Shown piece after piece: positions 8,643 through 17,427 of a DNA stretch of 33,185 nucleotides. Origin of the DNA: Chloroflexota bacterium. GTDB taxonomy: Bacteria; Chloroflexota; UBA4733. The number at the start of each line of letters is the position of its first letter. Within the stretch, counting starts at the first letter, position 1. The notes under the pieces were generated by a model that saw only the letters and a list, made by a program, of their open reading frames with translations, did no database searches and was not told where the DNA came from. The stretch covers positions 6,818 through 40,002 of the forward strand of contig JAMDCW010000050.1 in assembly GCA_023489405.1 (NCBI GenBank), given 5' to 3'. Both the position numbers and the translations under genes were made by a program.

Positions 8643-10316
8643 GTGAGTCATAACGCTATATCACCATGGTGGCCTTTCTTATTAGGGTGTCTGAGCGCTC
8701 TGTGCGGTTCGTTCGGTGGTCTTCTCGCTTTGCGCCTATTTCCTGATTTTCGCTCCCGCGAGAATAAATCTGGTGAGTATCGCCATGACGCGCATTTCCC
8801 TACACAGGTCAACTATCGCCTTCCTTCTGTTCTGGGTCCCGTCGTCACCCTTTGTGGGGCCTCCTTGTTTCTCGCCTCCGCATTCTACATACCTGTACTT
8901 CGCCGCCCTCTTCTCGTCATCGCTAGCGTACTCTTGGCGGAAGGCGTGCTTGGATGGGTTGACGACGTATGGAAGTCTCGCGGTGCAGGTCTTTCGGAGC
9001 GAGTACGGCTAGGTGCACAAGGCATCATCTTTATAGGGGTTGCCTCTGGCTTGTTCTGGTCCCAGGCTCCCTTGGCACAAGGCAGCCTGGGGAAACTATT
9101 CAGCGTGATCGGAGCAGTGATTTTCGTTCTCATTGTATTGTCTACAGGCTTCTCCGATGGAATTGATGGCCTCACTGGTAGCTTGACGTTTCTGAGCGGA
9201 ATAGGCTTCGTCGGGATTGGCATCTTTACTGGAAGCTTATTGCTACTGATAGAAAGCGCCATCCTCGTAGGAGTGAGCCTTGCCGTGCTCTTGCTCAATA
9301 TGCCATCGAACTGGACAAGAGGTAGCTCTGTGCACCGGCGTGCTCGGGCCTATATCGGCGATTGCGGCGCACTCATCCTTGGAACGCTCGTTGCTTTACC
9401 GCCTCTTCAAACAGGCAGCACGATATTCTTGCCTTTTATTTGTGCTGCCATAGCCGTGGAAGGTGGTAGCGTCTTCTTGCAGACAGGCGTCCTGACACCG
9501 CTCTATCGTCGCTGGGGACGGCTGAGCCGCTTCGCTCATGCGAAAACGTTCGTACCGCATGTCGAATATCCCCTCCCTTTTCTCGCCACTCCGTTTCATC
9601 ACCACTTCAATTTGCTCGGATGGAAACCTCTGACGGTTGTGCGCTTGCTCTGGTTCTTCCAGGCTCTGGGGATAACCTGGAGTGGTGTCATGCTGTTCGC
9701 TCCGGTAGAAGATCGTCCTGCCCTTTGGCTTTTTGGTATGGCTGGCTTAGTACTAGGGGTTTTTGCAATCGCTCTGTCGAGTAAGCGGATGATCGTGCGC
9801 GTCGAGTGTAGAGGGGCCCAGCAATGGCTAGTGATATCGCGAGGGAGTTTATTGCAAATTGGCCGCTGGCACTTGGAGCGCGAAGCCTTCCGATGCGAAC
9901 TGGCCTCGAACACGTCGAACGCTATGCTCTCTTACGTGGCTGTGATGCATCGCTATGATGCGTGGGCTTTTGCAGCCACTGCCGTGCTGCAGCAAGATCC
10001 ACGTCTCACTCTTGAGCTTGGTCAGCGTATTCGACCTCTGAGCATTATACTGCGCCCAGGTTTATCGCTCGCGCTGATTACCGCCGCCTATCACGAGTGC
10101 ATGCTGGATTCCCTTTTTGCAAGCTGGCGGCGAGCTTTGCGCGAAGTCTACCAAGAAGGACGCCTGGATGTCCTTCTCCAGGAGTGGAGCATGCTCCTTC
10201 ATCAACGAGGAGAAACCGCTCTTGCCGAAGCGGTAACTGCATATCAGACGACGTGTCCCGACACACTGGCCCGTGGATCATCGGTATTGAACGTGCCAGG
10301 ACGTACGGCTGTATGA
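8643..10316 (+). CDS. Divergent MraY-like polyprenyl-phosphate transferase (glycosyltransferase family 4) with ~175-aa C-terminal extension
   Basis: About 10-11 hydrophobic segments. GWVDDVWK, SDGIDGL, YIGDCGALILG and TPFHHHF match MraY motifs. Confidence 0.8.
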   Translation: MSHNAISPWWPFLLGCLSALCGSFGGLLALRLFPDFRSRENKSGEYRHDAHFPTQVNYRLPSVLGPVVTLCGASLFLASAFYIPVLRRPLLVIASVLLAEGVLGWVDDVWKSRGAGLSERVRLGAQGIIFIGVASGLFWSQAPLAQGSLGKLFSVIGAVIFVLIVLSTGFSDGIDGLTGSLTFLSGIGFVGIGIFTGSLLLLIESAILVGVSLAVLLLNMPSNWTRGSSVHRRARAYIGDCGALILGTLVALPPLQTGSTIFLPFICAAIAVEGGSVFLQTGVLTPLYRRWGRLSRFAHAKTFVPHVEYPLPFLATPFHHHFNLLGWKPLTVVRLLWFFQALGITWSGVMLFAPVEDRPALWLFGMAGLVLGVFAIALSSKRMIVRVECRGAQQWLVISRGSLLQIGRWHLEREAFRCELASNTSNAMLSYVAVMHRYDAWAFAATAVLQQDPRLTLELGQRIRPLSIILRPGLSLALITAAYHECMLDSLFASWRRALREVYQEGRLDVLLQEWSMLLHQRGETALAEAVTAYQTTCPDTLARGSSVLNVPGRTAV

Positions 10317-11377
10317 ACTCACCTCACTATGACGATCTTTCCCTTTTACTGTCGGATCCCCAGGTTGTACGCCTGCTCGGCATGCCTGGATCGCTTCAGC
10401 CCGATATCAAAGTCCTATCTTTAGGGAGGTTCTCGCGTAACGAAGTCTACCGGCTGACCGATCCTCAAAGTGAAAAGCCGGTGATCATAAAGATCGTGCG
10501 AAAAGGGACAGATCGGTTTTGGGAACACCATGTACGCCGTGAACATTGGATCCTCCGACTTCTGGAACAATGTGCACCGGAGCTCGCGCCTCATCCATAT
10601 GCCGTAGCGATCAATAGGGATTGGGGCGTGCTCTCGATGGAGATGTGTGCTGGCGATAACCTCGCTTACCTCTTGGAGAACGCATCCACTGTGCCGGCGC
10701 GTCAATCATTGCTAGCAGAAGCGCTTGGCGCATTAGCAATCCTGCACCGTATATTGCTGGAGAATAGCAAGATATTTGAGCGAGTCGTTTCTAGTATTGA
10801 GCTTGATGAAGTCACACCAGTCACGCTCCAGGCACGTTTTCATATTGCCCTACAACGCTTGTTTTCCACTTCGAAAGACTACATCGAGGTGCTCTGGCGT
10901 TCCCGTGGCGCCCTCACCGATGATCTATTCAGCGGTCAGGTCCAGGTCATTCACAATTCACTCGTACCATTGAATATTCTGAAAGAAGAAGAACAAGTTC
11001 GATTCATCGATTGGGAAACTGCAACCGTCGCCGCCCCCGAATGGGATCTCGCCGATCTGCTCTTCAATCCGTTCACTGCCCTACCGCCGGATGCTATCTT
11101 TGATCTCATTGCTCGTTCTTATCAAGGTCTATGGAATGCGCAGCGAACACTTGTTGCTGGGCTTTTGCGCTCTCTCGATTACGCGGCGAGCGCCACCCAA
11201 CAAGCAACGATTGCTGACAGTGACTACGCTGTGCGGTTAAAACAGCGCGCTGCCTGCTATCTTAACCACGCGCGGGAGCTTTGTTTCCAATGTGGTTGGG
11301 CTGTTCTGGGCGACTTTCTCGCTCGCGAGACTGCTCAAACACCTCAGTCAGATGGAAGTGTACCTCCCGCTCGCTGA
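10313..11377 (+). CDS. Aminoglycoside phosphotransferase/choline-kinase-fold protein with a degenerate catalytic loop
   Basis: ATG at 10313 overlaps the mraY-like stop (ATGA). NEVYRL, VIIKI, REHWIL, LAILH, IHNSLVPLNIL, FIDWE and PEWDLADL motifs. Confidence 0.78.
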   Translation: MNSPHYDDLSLLLSDPQVVRLLGMPGSLQPDIKVLSLGRFSRNEVYRLTDPQSEKPVIIKIVRKGTDRFWEHHVRREHWILRLLEQCAPELAPHPYAVAINRDWGVLSMEMCAGDNLAYLLENASTVPARQSLLAEALGALAILHRILLENSKIFERVVSSIELDEVTPVTLQARFHIALQRLFSTSKDYIEVLWRSRGALTDDLFSGQVQVIHNSLVPLNILKEEEQVRFIDWETATVAAPEWDLADLLFNPFTALPPDAIFDLIARSYQGLWNAQRTLVAGLLRSLDYAASATQQATIADSDYAVRLKQRAACYLNHARELCFQCGWAVLGDFLARETAQTPQSDGSVPPAR

Positions 11378-11450
11378 CTTGAGGCTCCTCAGTTATTGAG
11401 CGTATCATCACGGAGAGTGCGTCATCATTTGAAATTGAGGAAGTTTTCAT

Positions 11451-12272
11451 ATGACCGAGCGAGTCCTTCAACACGGAGAAATGCTAGCCCGCGATATAGC
11501 TAGCTATGAGGTGCCTAGGAGAACAGTTGCTTGCTGGTATCTTGGGCAGGCCTCAATAGTTCTGAAGTGTTCGGTGGGGATACTCCTCATCGACCCCTTT
11601 TTCAGTGAACATCCCGCGCGACTTTTCCCTCCACCATTACAGTGTAGCGAGATAGCTGATGTTACCTGGGTGTTATGTACCCATCATCATCTGGATCACC
11701 TTGATCCAGCTACCATAGGGCCACTCGCTCAGCGTTTCCCCTCGTGTCGTTTTGTGGTTCCTGAACCCCATATCCCGATAGCCATCACGTCTGGCGTCGC
11801 GATGGAGCGCCTCCATCCAGCAATAGTAGGTACATCAATCGAAGTTCCTGGCTTGAAGATCACTCCATTAAGAGCAAAGCATGAAGAGTTTGAAGTCAAC
11901 GAACGTGGCAATCATCTGTATGTTGGTTATATAGTCGAAGTTGACGGCTTACGCCTTTTTCATTCTGGAGATACCGTAGGATTTGATGGCCAAGCAGAAG
12001 ATCTCGTACCCTTCTCTCCCCACGTTGTCTTCCTCCCGATAAATGGCCGCGACTGGGTGCGCAATCGCCGCAACATCGCCGGCAATATGAACTATCGGGA
12101 GGCCCTAGATTTAGCGCACGCTGTGAAAGCCGGTGTAGTTGTTCCTCTTCACTACGATCTCTTCGGAGGGAATACCGAAAACCCGGTTTTCTTCGTCGAT
12201 CACCTCTACCGGACCTTTCCGGCACAAGCTTTCAAGATGCTTGCTGTTGGTGAACGTTTTCTCATTGGCTAG
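11451..12272 (+). CDS. Metallo-beta-lactamase-fold hydrolase (UlaG-like)
   Basis: WYLGQAS, LIDPFFS, THHHLDHLD (HxHxDH), FHSGDT, LPING...GNM and VPLHYDLF motifs. Confidence 0.88.
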   Translation: MTERVLQHGEMLARDIASYEVPRRTVACWYLGQASIVLKCSVGILLIDPFFSEHPARLFPPPLQCSEIADVTWVLCTHHHLDHLDPATIGPLAQRFPSCRFVVPEPHIPIAITSGVAMERLHPAIVGTSIEVPGLKITPLRAKHEEFEVNERGNHLYVGYIVEVDGLRLFHSGDTVGFDGQAEDLVPFSPHVVFLPINGRDWVRNRRNIAGNMNYREALDLAHAVKAGVVVPLHYDLFGGNTENPVFFVDHLYRTFPAQAFKMLAVGERFLIG

Positions 12273-12381
12273 TAGAGCAATTCTAATTGAACATCATACG
12301 TAGCTTCTGGGTCAGAGAGCTGTTAGCAGACTGTCACTGTCACGAGAAAAACTCTTGAAGCCGGTCTCCAGGGTAGCGCTG

Positions 12382-13464
12382 CTAGCGAGCGCTATCAATA
12401 TCCCAGGACATTGCTTCTCCGCGCACGAGGAATGATCGAATATCATAAGCACCAGGGTACTGTACTGGAACGTGTCCTTGCTCTACCAGTAGGTCAATCG
12501 GTGTAACCCGCGTGAGCAAAGGCATTGTGATAGCTTCATGGAGGCGAGTAGATTCATATACTGCTAATAGGGCTTCGAGCGTAGCTCTTGCTAGCGTCGC
12601 CTCACCCCGATATTCAGTTACTTTGCCGTTAAGCCAATCTAGTAATCCTTGTGCTTGGCCAGCAAATGGATCATTTTGCTCGATCTCGTATTGTTTCCAT
12701 CCCTGAGTCGATGCGTTCATGAGCTTGACGGTGTTTTCATCTATGATGATTGTTCCCTCGCTGCCATAAATGGTGAAGTTAATCGAGCCATACTTGGTCA
12801 GATCGCTCTCAATCAGAACTTGACATCCGTTAGAAAGCTGCATAAGACCCATACAAGCATCTTCAATCCGCATGGCTCGTTCATAACGGTCGGTTTTGCG
12901 CTCGATATTTCCTATGACCCGCTCTACCTTCGGGTCTCCGAGCACGAAGAGAAGCCCGTCGAGGGTATGGGTGCCCCAATTGAGCAGACCGTCGCGAATT
13001 TGTGACCAAGCTCGTTGTGGTGTGCCAATAGATCCATCTGCTACAAGCGCTCTCGCCAGTTCCCATCCACGATAGAATCGGCGCATGTGGCCAATTGCCA
13101 GTTTCACCTTGTTCCGCTTGGCAGCAACGATCATATTGTCAGCTTCTCCGAGGTTGACCGCCATTGGCTTTTCGCACAGGATCAGCTTTGGTGAATGAGC
13201 AGCGGCAGCAATAGTCATTTCGGCGTGCTGGCCATGCCATGAGCAAACGCTCACCACGTCGAGGTGCTCTCGGTCGAGCATTGCCCGAAAATCCAAGTAG
13301 CGGTGCGTTGGGTCGACGTTATGCTGATCCCCGAAGAGGTTCAACGCCTCACCGTTACTATCAGCGATGGCGACGATCTCGTATTCGGGATGGGCGCGGT
13401 ACCCTCGGGCGTGCGCTCGTGCAATTGACCCTGTGGCGATAATGCCGACACGGACTTTGTCCAT
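12382..13464 (-). CDS. Gfo/Idh/MocA family oxidoreductase
   Basis: VGIIATGSIARAH, ILCEKPMA, IGHMRRF and LLNWGTHTLD motifs. GAGGAG SD. Confidence 0.88.
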   Translation of the reverse strand: MDKVRVGIIATGSIARAHARGYRAHPEYEIVAIADSNGEALNLFGDQHNVDPTHRYLDFRAMLDREHLDVVSVCSWHGQHAEMTIAAAAHSPKLILCEKPMAVNLGEADNMIVAAKRNKVKLAIGHMRRFYRGWELARALVADGSIGTPQRAWSQIRDGLLNWGTHTLDGLLFVLGDPKVERVIGNIERKTDRYERAMRIEDACMGLMQLSNGCQVLIESDLTKYGSINFTIYGSEGTIIIDENTVKLMNASTQGWKQYEIEQNDPFAGQAQGLLDWLNGKVTEYRGEATLARATLEALLAVYESTRLHEAITMPLLTRVTPIDLLVEQGHVPVQYPGAYDIRSFLVRGEAMSWDIDSAR

Positions 13465-13608
13465 AATTAATAATCCACTCCTCTTTTATAAATCAGTACC
13501 TCTACATGCTGAGGATAGCAACTCGTGCCGCAGAACACTAGGTAGGATTTGTAAGTGCTGGTATTCTGTTTTACATAGCGTGTGTATGGCGCTTAGTGCG
13601 GGGGAAAC

Positions 13609-13797
13609 ATGTTTGGTATTGGGCGGCTTCCAGAGCTCATTATTCTTTTGATCGTTATCTTGCTCATCATCGGTCCGGGTAAGCTGCCATCACTGGGGCG
13701 CGGTCTTGGCGAGATGATTCGAGGTTTTCGCCAAGAGGCGGAGACCGACACCGCGAAGAAGCATGATGGTAGCTCAGAGCCGTCTCCTAAGTCGTAG
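13609..13797 (+). CDS. tatA: Twin-arginine translocase subunit TatA/TatE
   Basis: N-terminal TM (PELIILLIVILLII), then GPGKLPSLGRGLGEMIRGFR amphipathic helix. Confidence 0.92.
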   Translation: MFGIGRLPELIILLIVILLIIGPGKLPSLGRGLGEMIRGFRQEAETDTAKKHDGSSEPSPKS

Positions 13798-13878
13798 GAT
13801 ACTGCCAGGACATTTCACGAACATAGCTCGAGAGCACGGCGTGTTCTGAGCGTGCAATGGACAGAAGGTGATAGAAAC

Positions 13879-14097
13879 GTGAAAGAGAAGATACATCCTA
13901 AATACATCGAAGCGACGGTTACCTGTGTCTGCGGTAATACGTGGAAAACTCGATCGACGAAACCACAGATTCATGTTGAGGTGTGCTCGAACTGCCATCC
14001 ATTCTATACAGGAACACAACGTATTGTTGATACCGCTGGTCAGGTGGAACGGTTCCGCCGTCGTTACAGCCTCGCTGGTTCGGATACTGCTCAATAG
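13879..14097 (+). CDS. rpmE: 50S ribosomal protein L31 (zinc-binding type)
   Basis: GTG start gives MKEKIHPKY...CVCGN...[13 protein letters not shown]...[13 protein letters not shown]. Confidence 0.96.
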   Translation: MKEKIHPKYIEATVTCVCGNTWKTRSTKPQIHVEVCSNCHPFYTGTQRIVDTAGQVERFRRRYSLAGSDTAQ

Positions 14098-14108
14098 TGT
14101 TCGGTTTG

Positions 14109-14146
14109 AGGAGGAGCTCCCATCACCAGGGACTCCTCCTTTTGTT
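14109..14146 (+). terminator. Rho-independent terminator after rpmE
   Basis: AGGAGGAG-c-TCCC / loop ATCACCA / GGGA-CTCCTCCT, followed by TTTGTT. Confidence 0.7.
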
Positions 14147-14233
14147 GTGTTCTGAATCGAGAGAAATTCTCTGCTGCTATTGAGGCGGCGTCGTACTCGA
14201 CGTAGCAAATTGTGGTAAATGGTGGAGGCAGGC

Positions 14234-15322
14234 ATGTTTGAGAAACTAGCTGGGGTTGAAGAGCGTTTTGTAAAACTTGAGGCTCTCTTGGCGGATCCTG
14301 AAGTGGTGACGCAGCCGGCGCTGCTGCAACGCTATGCGCAAGAACATGCACAGCTCGAAGAGATTGTTACGACGTACCGAATGTACCGTCAAGCTCAAGA
14401 GTCGATCCGTACCTATCGGGAAATGTTACGCGATATCACGCTAGAGTTTGAATATCAAGAGCTTGCCCGCGAAGAACTGGTCCATAGCGAATCTGAAGAG
14501 GCCATCCTGCGCGAAAAGCTGCGCCGGTTATTGCTGCCACACGATCCCAACGATGAAAAGAACGTTATTATCGAGGTTCGTGCTGGCGCTGGAGGTGATG
14601 AGGCCGGCCTATTCGCCGCAGATCTCTTCAGAATGTATACCCGCTATGCTGAACGTCAAGGGTGGAACGTAGAAATCATCAGTGGCAATGAAAATGGCAT
14701 TGGCTCATTTCGGGAAGTTGTCTTCAAGGTCAATGGCCGTGGCGCCTATAGCCGGATGAAATATGAGAGTGGCGTACACCGTGTACAGCGCGTGCCGGTG
14801 ACAGAGGCGTCAGGAAGGATCCATACCTCTACAGCTACAGTTGCGGTGCTTCCAGAAGCCGAAGAAGTCGATGTAGACATTAATCCGGAAGATCTGCGGA
14901 TTGACGTATATCGCTCCACTGGACATGGTGGCCAGAGCGTCAACACTACAGATTCAGCGGTACGGATTACTCACTTGCCCACAGGGTTAGTGGTAACGTG
15001 CCAGGATGAAAAGTCTCAGCTCAAGAATAAAGCCAAGGCGCTCATGGTCCTGCGCTCGCGCCTCTATAACCTGGAGCTACAGCGGCGCCAGATGGAGGAG
15101 TCTGCCGCGCGACGTTCTCAAGTTGGCTCCGGTGATCGCAGCGAAAAAATCCGTACGTATAATGTGCCTCAGGATCGAGTGACGGATCACCGCATCAACC
15201 TCACTGTACATAGACTGCCGGATGTGATGGATGGCAATCTCGATCCGCTTATCGATGCTCTGATCGCTGTCGACCAAGCTGAGCGCCTCCAAGCTGAACA
15301 CTACCAAGAAGAAGTTGCTTAG
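14234..15322 (+). CDS. prfA: Peptide chain release factor 1
   Basis: [24 protein letters not shown] (PxT, RF1 type), [15 protein letters not shown] and [10 protein letters not shown] motifs. GGAGG SD before the ATG at 14234. Confidence 0.97.
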   Translation: MFEKLAGVEERFVKLEALLADPEVVTQPALLQRYAQEHAQLEEIVTTYRMYRQAQESIRTYREMLRDITLEFEYQELAREELVHSESEEAILREKLRRLLLPHDPNDEKNVIIEVRAGAGGDEAGLFAADLFRMYTRYAERQGWNVEIISGNENGIGSFREVVFKVNGRGAYSRMKYESGVHRVQRVPVTEASGRIHTSTATVAVLPEAEEVDVDINPEDLRIDVYRSTGHGGQSVNTTDSAVRITHLPTGLVVTCQDEKSQLKNKAKALMVLRSRLYNLELQRRQMEESAARRSQVGSGDRSEKIRTYNVPQDRVTDHRINLTVHRLPDVMDGNLDPLIDALIAVDQAERLQAEHYQEEVA

Positions 15323-15460
15323 TCTGAACTATTCGCGGAGGCGAAGTATGGCACCGGTTGCCGCCCACGTCTCCCGCCCTTCTCCATTAGGGTGGGGGAG
15401 GCGGGTACGGCCATTCTCCCCAGTGCCGGCGGCGTGAGGACTGGTGAATAATCCGGATTA
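15320..15460 (+). ncRNA. Candidate rod-shaped structured RNA (closing stem, central bubble, terminal stem) between prfA and prmC; family unassigned
   Basis: 15320-15336 pairs with 15444-15460 (15 of 17 positions). 15350-15357 pairs with 15420-15427. 15360-15380 pairs with 15389-15411. G-U pairs favour the + strand. Confidence 0.4.
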
Positions 15461-15485
15461 GTGTACGTACCCTACCTCTAGGAAC

Positions 15486-16331
15486 GTGTTTGTGAATACG
15501 GTGCGCGAAGCAGTAGCGGCAGCGGAGCAAGCATTTCGACTAGCCGGTATTTCAACGAGTGCTCTAGATGCTCGCGTCCTTGTGAAGCACACACTCCAGT
15601 TGAGTGATACCGCCTTTTATCGAGAACTCGAGCGCCTATTGATGCCAGGAGAAAAAGAGCGGCTTCACCTTCTCATTATGCGCCGTTGTCGTCGAGAGCC
15701 TGTAGCATACCTTACTGGACAGCGCGAGTTTTATGGCCTAGCTCTGTCGGTATCGTCAGCCGTGCTCATTCCAAGACCAGAGACCGAGTTGCTCGTCACG
15801 CTTGCTATCGATCTCATTCCTGCTGGCGGCCAGTGCGTGGATGTAGGGACAGGGTCAGGTGCTATAGCCTGTGCTGTGGCCAGTCGTCGCCCCGACGTAT
15901 CGGTAATTGGCATTGATGCCTCTGCCGCTGCTTGTACGGTAGCTAGGACAAATGTGAAGCAGTTCAACCTCGAACACCAGATAGCGATAGTAAGAGGGGA
16001 TTTGCTCACTCCCTGTACCCCTTCTTGCACGGCAGTTCTCGCCAACTTACCCTATCTTAGTGCTGATGAAGTCAGTAATCTGCAGCCTGAAATACGCTAT
16101 GAGCCGCTAATGGCGCTTACCGGTGGTAAAGATGGCCTTGATTTGTACCGACGGCTCTTTGAACAACTCTCTAACTGGTCTTTTGTAGTACTGCTCTGCG
16201 AAGTAGGCACAGGACAAGCCGCACACCTTGCCCATCTCGCGTATCACCACTGGCCCGATGCGGTCATTTCTATTCATTCCGATCTTGCAGGCTTGTCGCG
16301 TCTTGTAACCGTCCTACGTCCTAGCGGGTAA
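15486..16331 (+). CDS. prmC: Release factor glutamine methyltransferase HemK/PrmC
   Basis: RREPVAYLTG, VLIPRPETE, DVGTGSGAIA, ANLPYL and ALTGGKDGLD motifs. Downstream of prfA; exact start uncertain. Confidence 0.93.
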   Translation: MFVNTVREAVAAAEQAFRLAGISTSALDARVLVKHTLQLSDTAFYRELERLLMPGEKERLHLLIMRRCRREPVAYLTGQREFYGLALSVSSAVLIPRPETELLVTLAIDLIPAGGQCVDVGTGSGAIACAVASRRPDVSVIGIDASAAACTVARTNVKQFNLEHQIAIVRGDLLTPCTPSCTAVLANLPYLSADEVSNLQPEIRYEPLMALTGGKDGLDLYRRLFEQLSNWSFVVLLCEVGTGQAAHLAHLAYHHWPDAVISIHSDLAGLSRLVTVLRPSG

Positions 16332-16343
16332 ATGTCTGGTCGT

Positions 16344-17381
16344 CTACAAAAGGTCCGTGCCTCTCGTCGTAATAGGCACGTATCGTAAGTCGTGGAGCTG
16401 CCGGCATCCCGTAGCGAATAAGGCGACCCGCAGCTCGAAGACAATCTGTTCAATGCGATCGATAACTGCTTCTACTGAATCGAGAGCAGGTTGAAGAAAA
16501 GGCCGGGCAGCAGCGACGAGGTCTGCACCAAGAGCTATCGCCTTGGCGGCATCAACGCCAGTTCGAATGCCGCCACCAGCAATAAGTGGTAAGTCAGGGC
16601 AAGCTTGCCGCACTGACCTTATACACAGCGGAGTTGGAATACCCCAATAGCTAAATGCTTCCGCTGCACGGACAAGGCGGTCCATACGAGCTCGTTGTCC
16701 TTCTACACGAGCCCACGAAGTTCCTCCTGCTCCTTGGACATCAATCGCGGCAACGCCACAAGCGAGCAGCCGCCGGGCGACGCGGCCGGAGATGCCGAAG
16801 CCAACCTCTTTGATGATGATGGGTACCGTCAGCGCATGGCAGACCTCGGCAATATGGTCAGCAACTCCTGAAAATGTTGTATCCCCATGTGTTTGCAAGG
16901 CTTCCTGTAGCGGATTGAGATGGAGAGCTAGAGCATCTGCTCCTATGAGATCAACCGCAGCTTGACATTCAGCTATACCAAAACCGCGGCGAAGCTGTAC
17001 GGCTCCAAGATTGCTAAAGAGAAATACATCTGGAGCAACATCCCGAACAAGATACGTGGAAGCTAGTTGCGGATTGACGATAGCCGCACGTTGACTCCCG
17101 ACACAGAATGCAATGCCTGTAGCTTCAGCCGCAATTGCGAGATTACGATTCACACTCCCCGCTTGTTCGGTACCTCCAGTCATCCCGCTGATCATAATGG
17201 GAGCTTTCAGTTGCCGGCCAAGAAATGTCGTGGAAACATCGACATCTTCAAGATTCACTTCGGGTAGGGCGCAATGTTCGAGGCGCAGCGCAGAGAAGCC
17301 TAACTCGACCGGTTCTTGTACCGATTGGTCGAGAGAGATTCGTAGGTGCTCATCTTTACGTAAGGAAATATTCTCATCCAT
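16344..17381 (-). CDS. fni: Type 2 isopentenyl-diphosphate delta-isomerase (FMN-dependent)
   Basis: RKDEHL, ISGMTGG, VGSQR, HLNPLQE, KEVGFG, GAGGTSW and GGIRTG motifs. ATG at 17381 follows a GAGGTGA SD. Confidence 0.93.
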   Translation of the reverse strand: MDENISLRKDEHLRISLDQSVQEPVELGFSALRLEHCALPEVNLEDVDVSTTFLGRQLKAPIMISGMTGGTEQAGSVNRNLAIAAEATGIAFCVGSQRAAIVNPQLASTYLVRDVAPDVFLFSNLGAVQLRRGFGIAECQAAVDLIGADALALHLNPLQEALQTHGDTTFSGVADHIAEVCHALTVPIIIKEVGFGISGRVARRLLACGVAAIDVQGAGGTSWARVEGQRARMDRLVRAAEAFSYWGIPTPLCIRSVRQACPDLPLIAGGGIRTGVDAAKAIALGADLVAAARPFLQPALDSVEAVIDRIEQIVFELRVALFATGCRQLHDLRYVPITTRGTDLL

Positions 17382-17427
17382 CGTCACCTCTCTCCAACCC
17401 TCTGTTGATCGGCTATCCAGGACGTGT

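Noticed and set aside
10097-10312. N-terminal 72 aa of the 426-aa kinase ORF call
   Set aside because: Overlaps the mraY-like gene. ATG 10313 with an ATGA overlap is the more plausible start.
15320-15460. tRNA-Sec, SRP RNA or tmRNA identity for the structured region
   Set aside because: No T-loop GTTCGA or CCA end, no SRP helix-8 motif and no tag reading frame on either strand.
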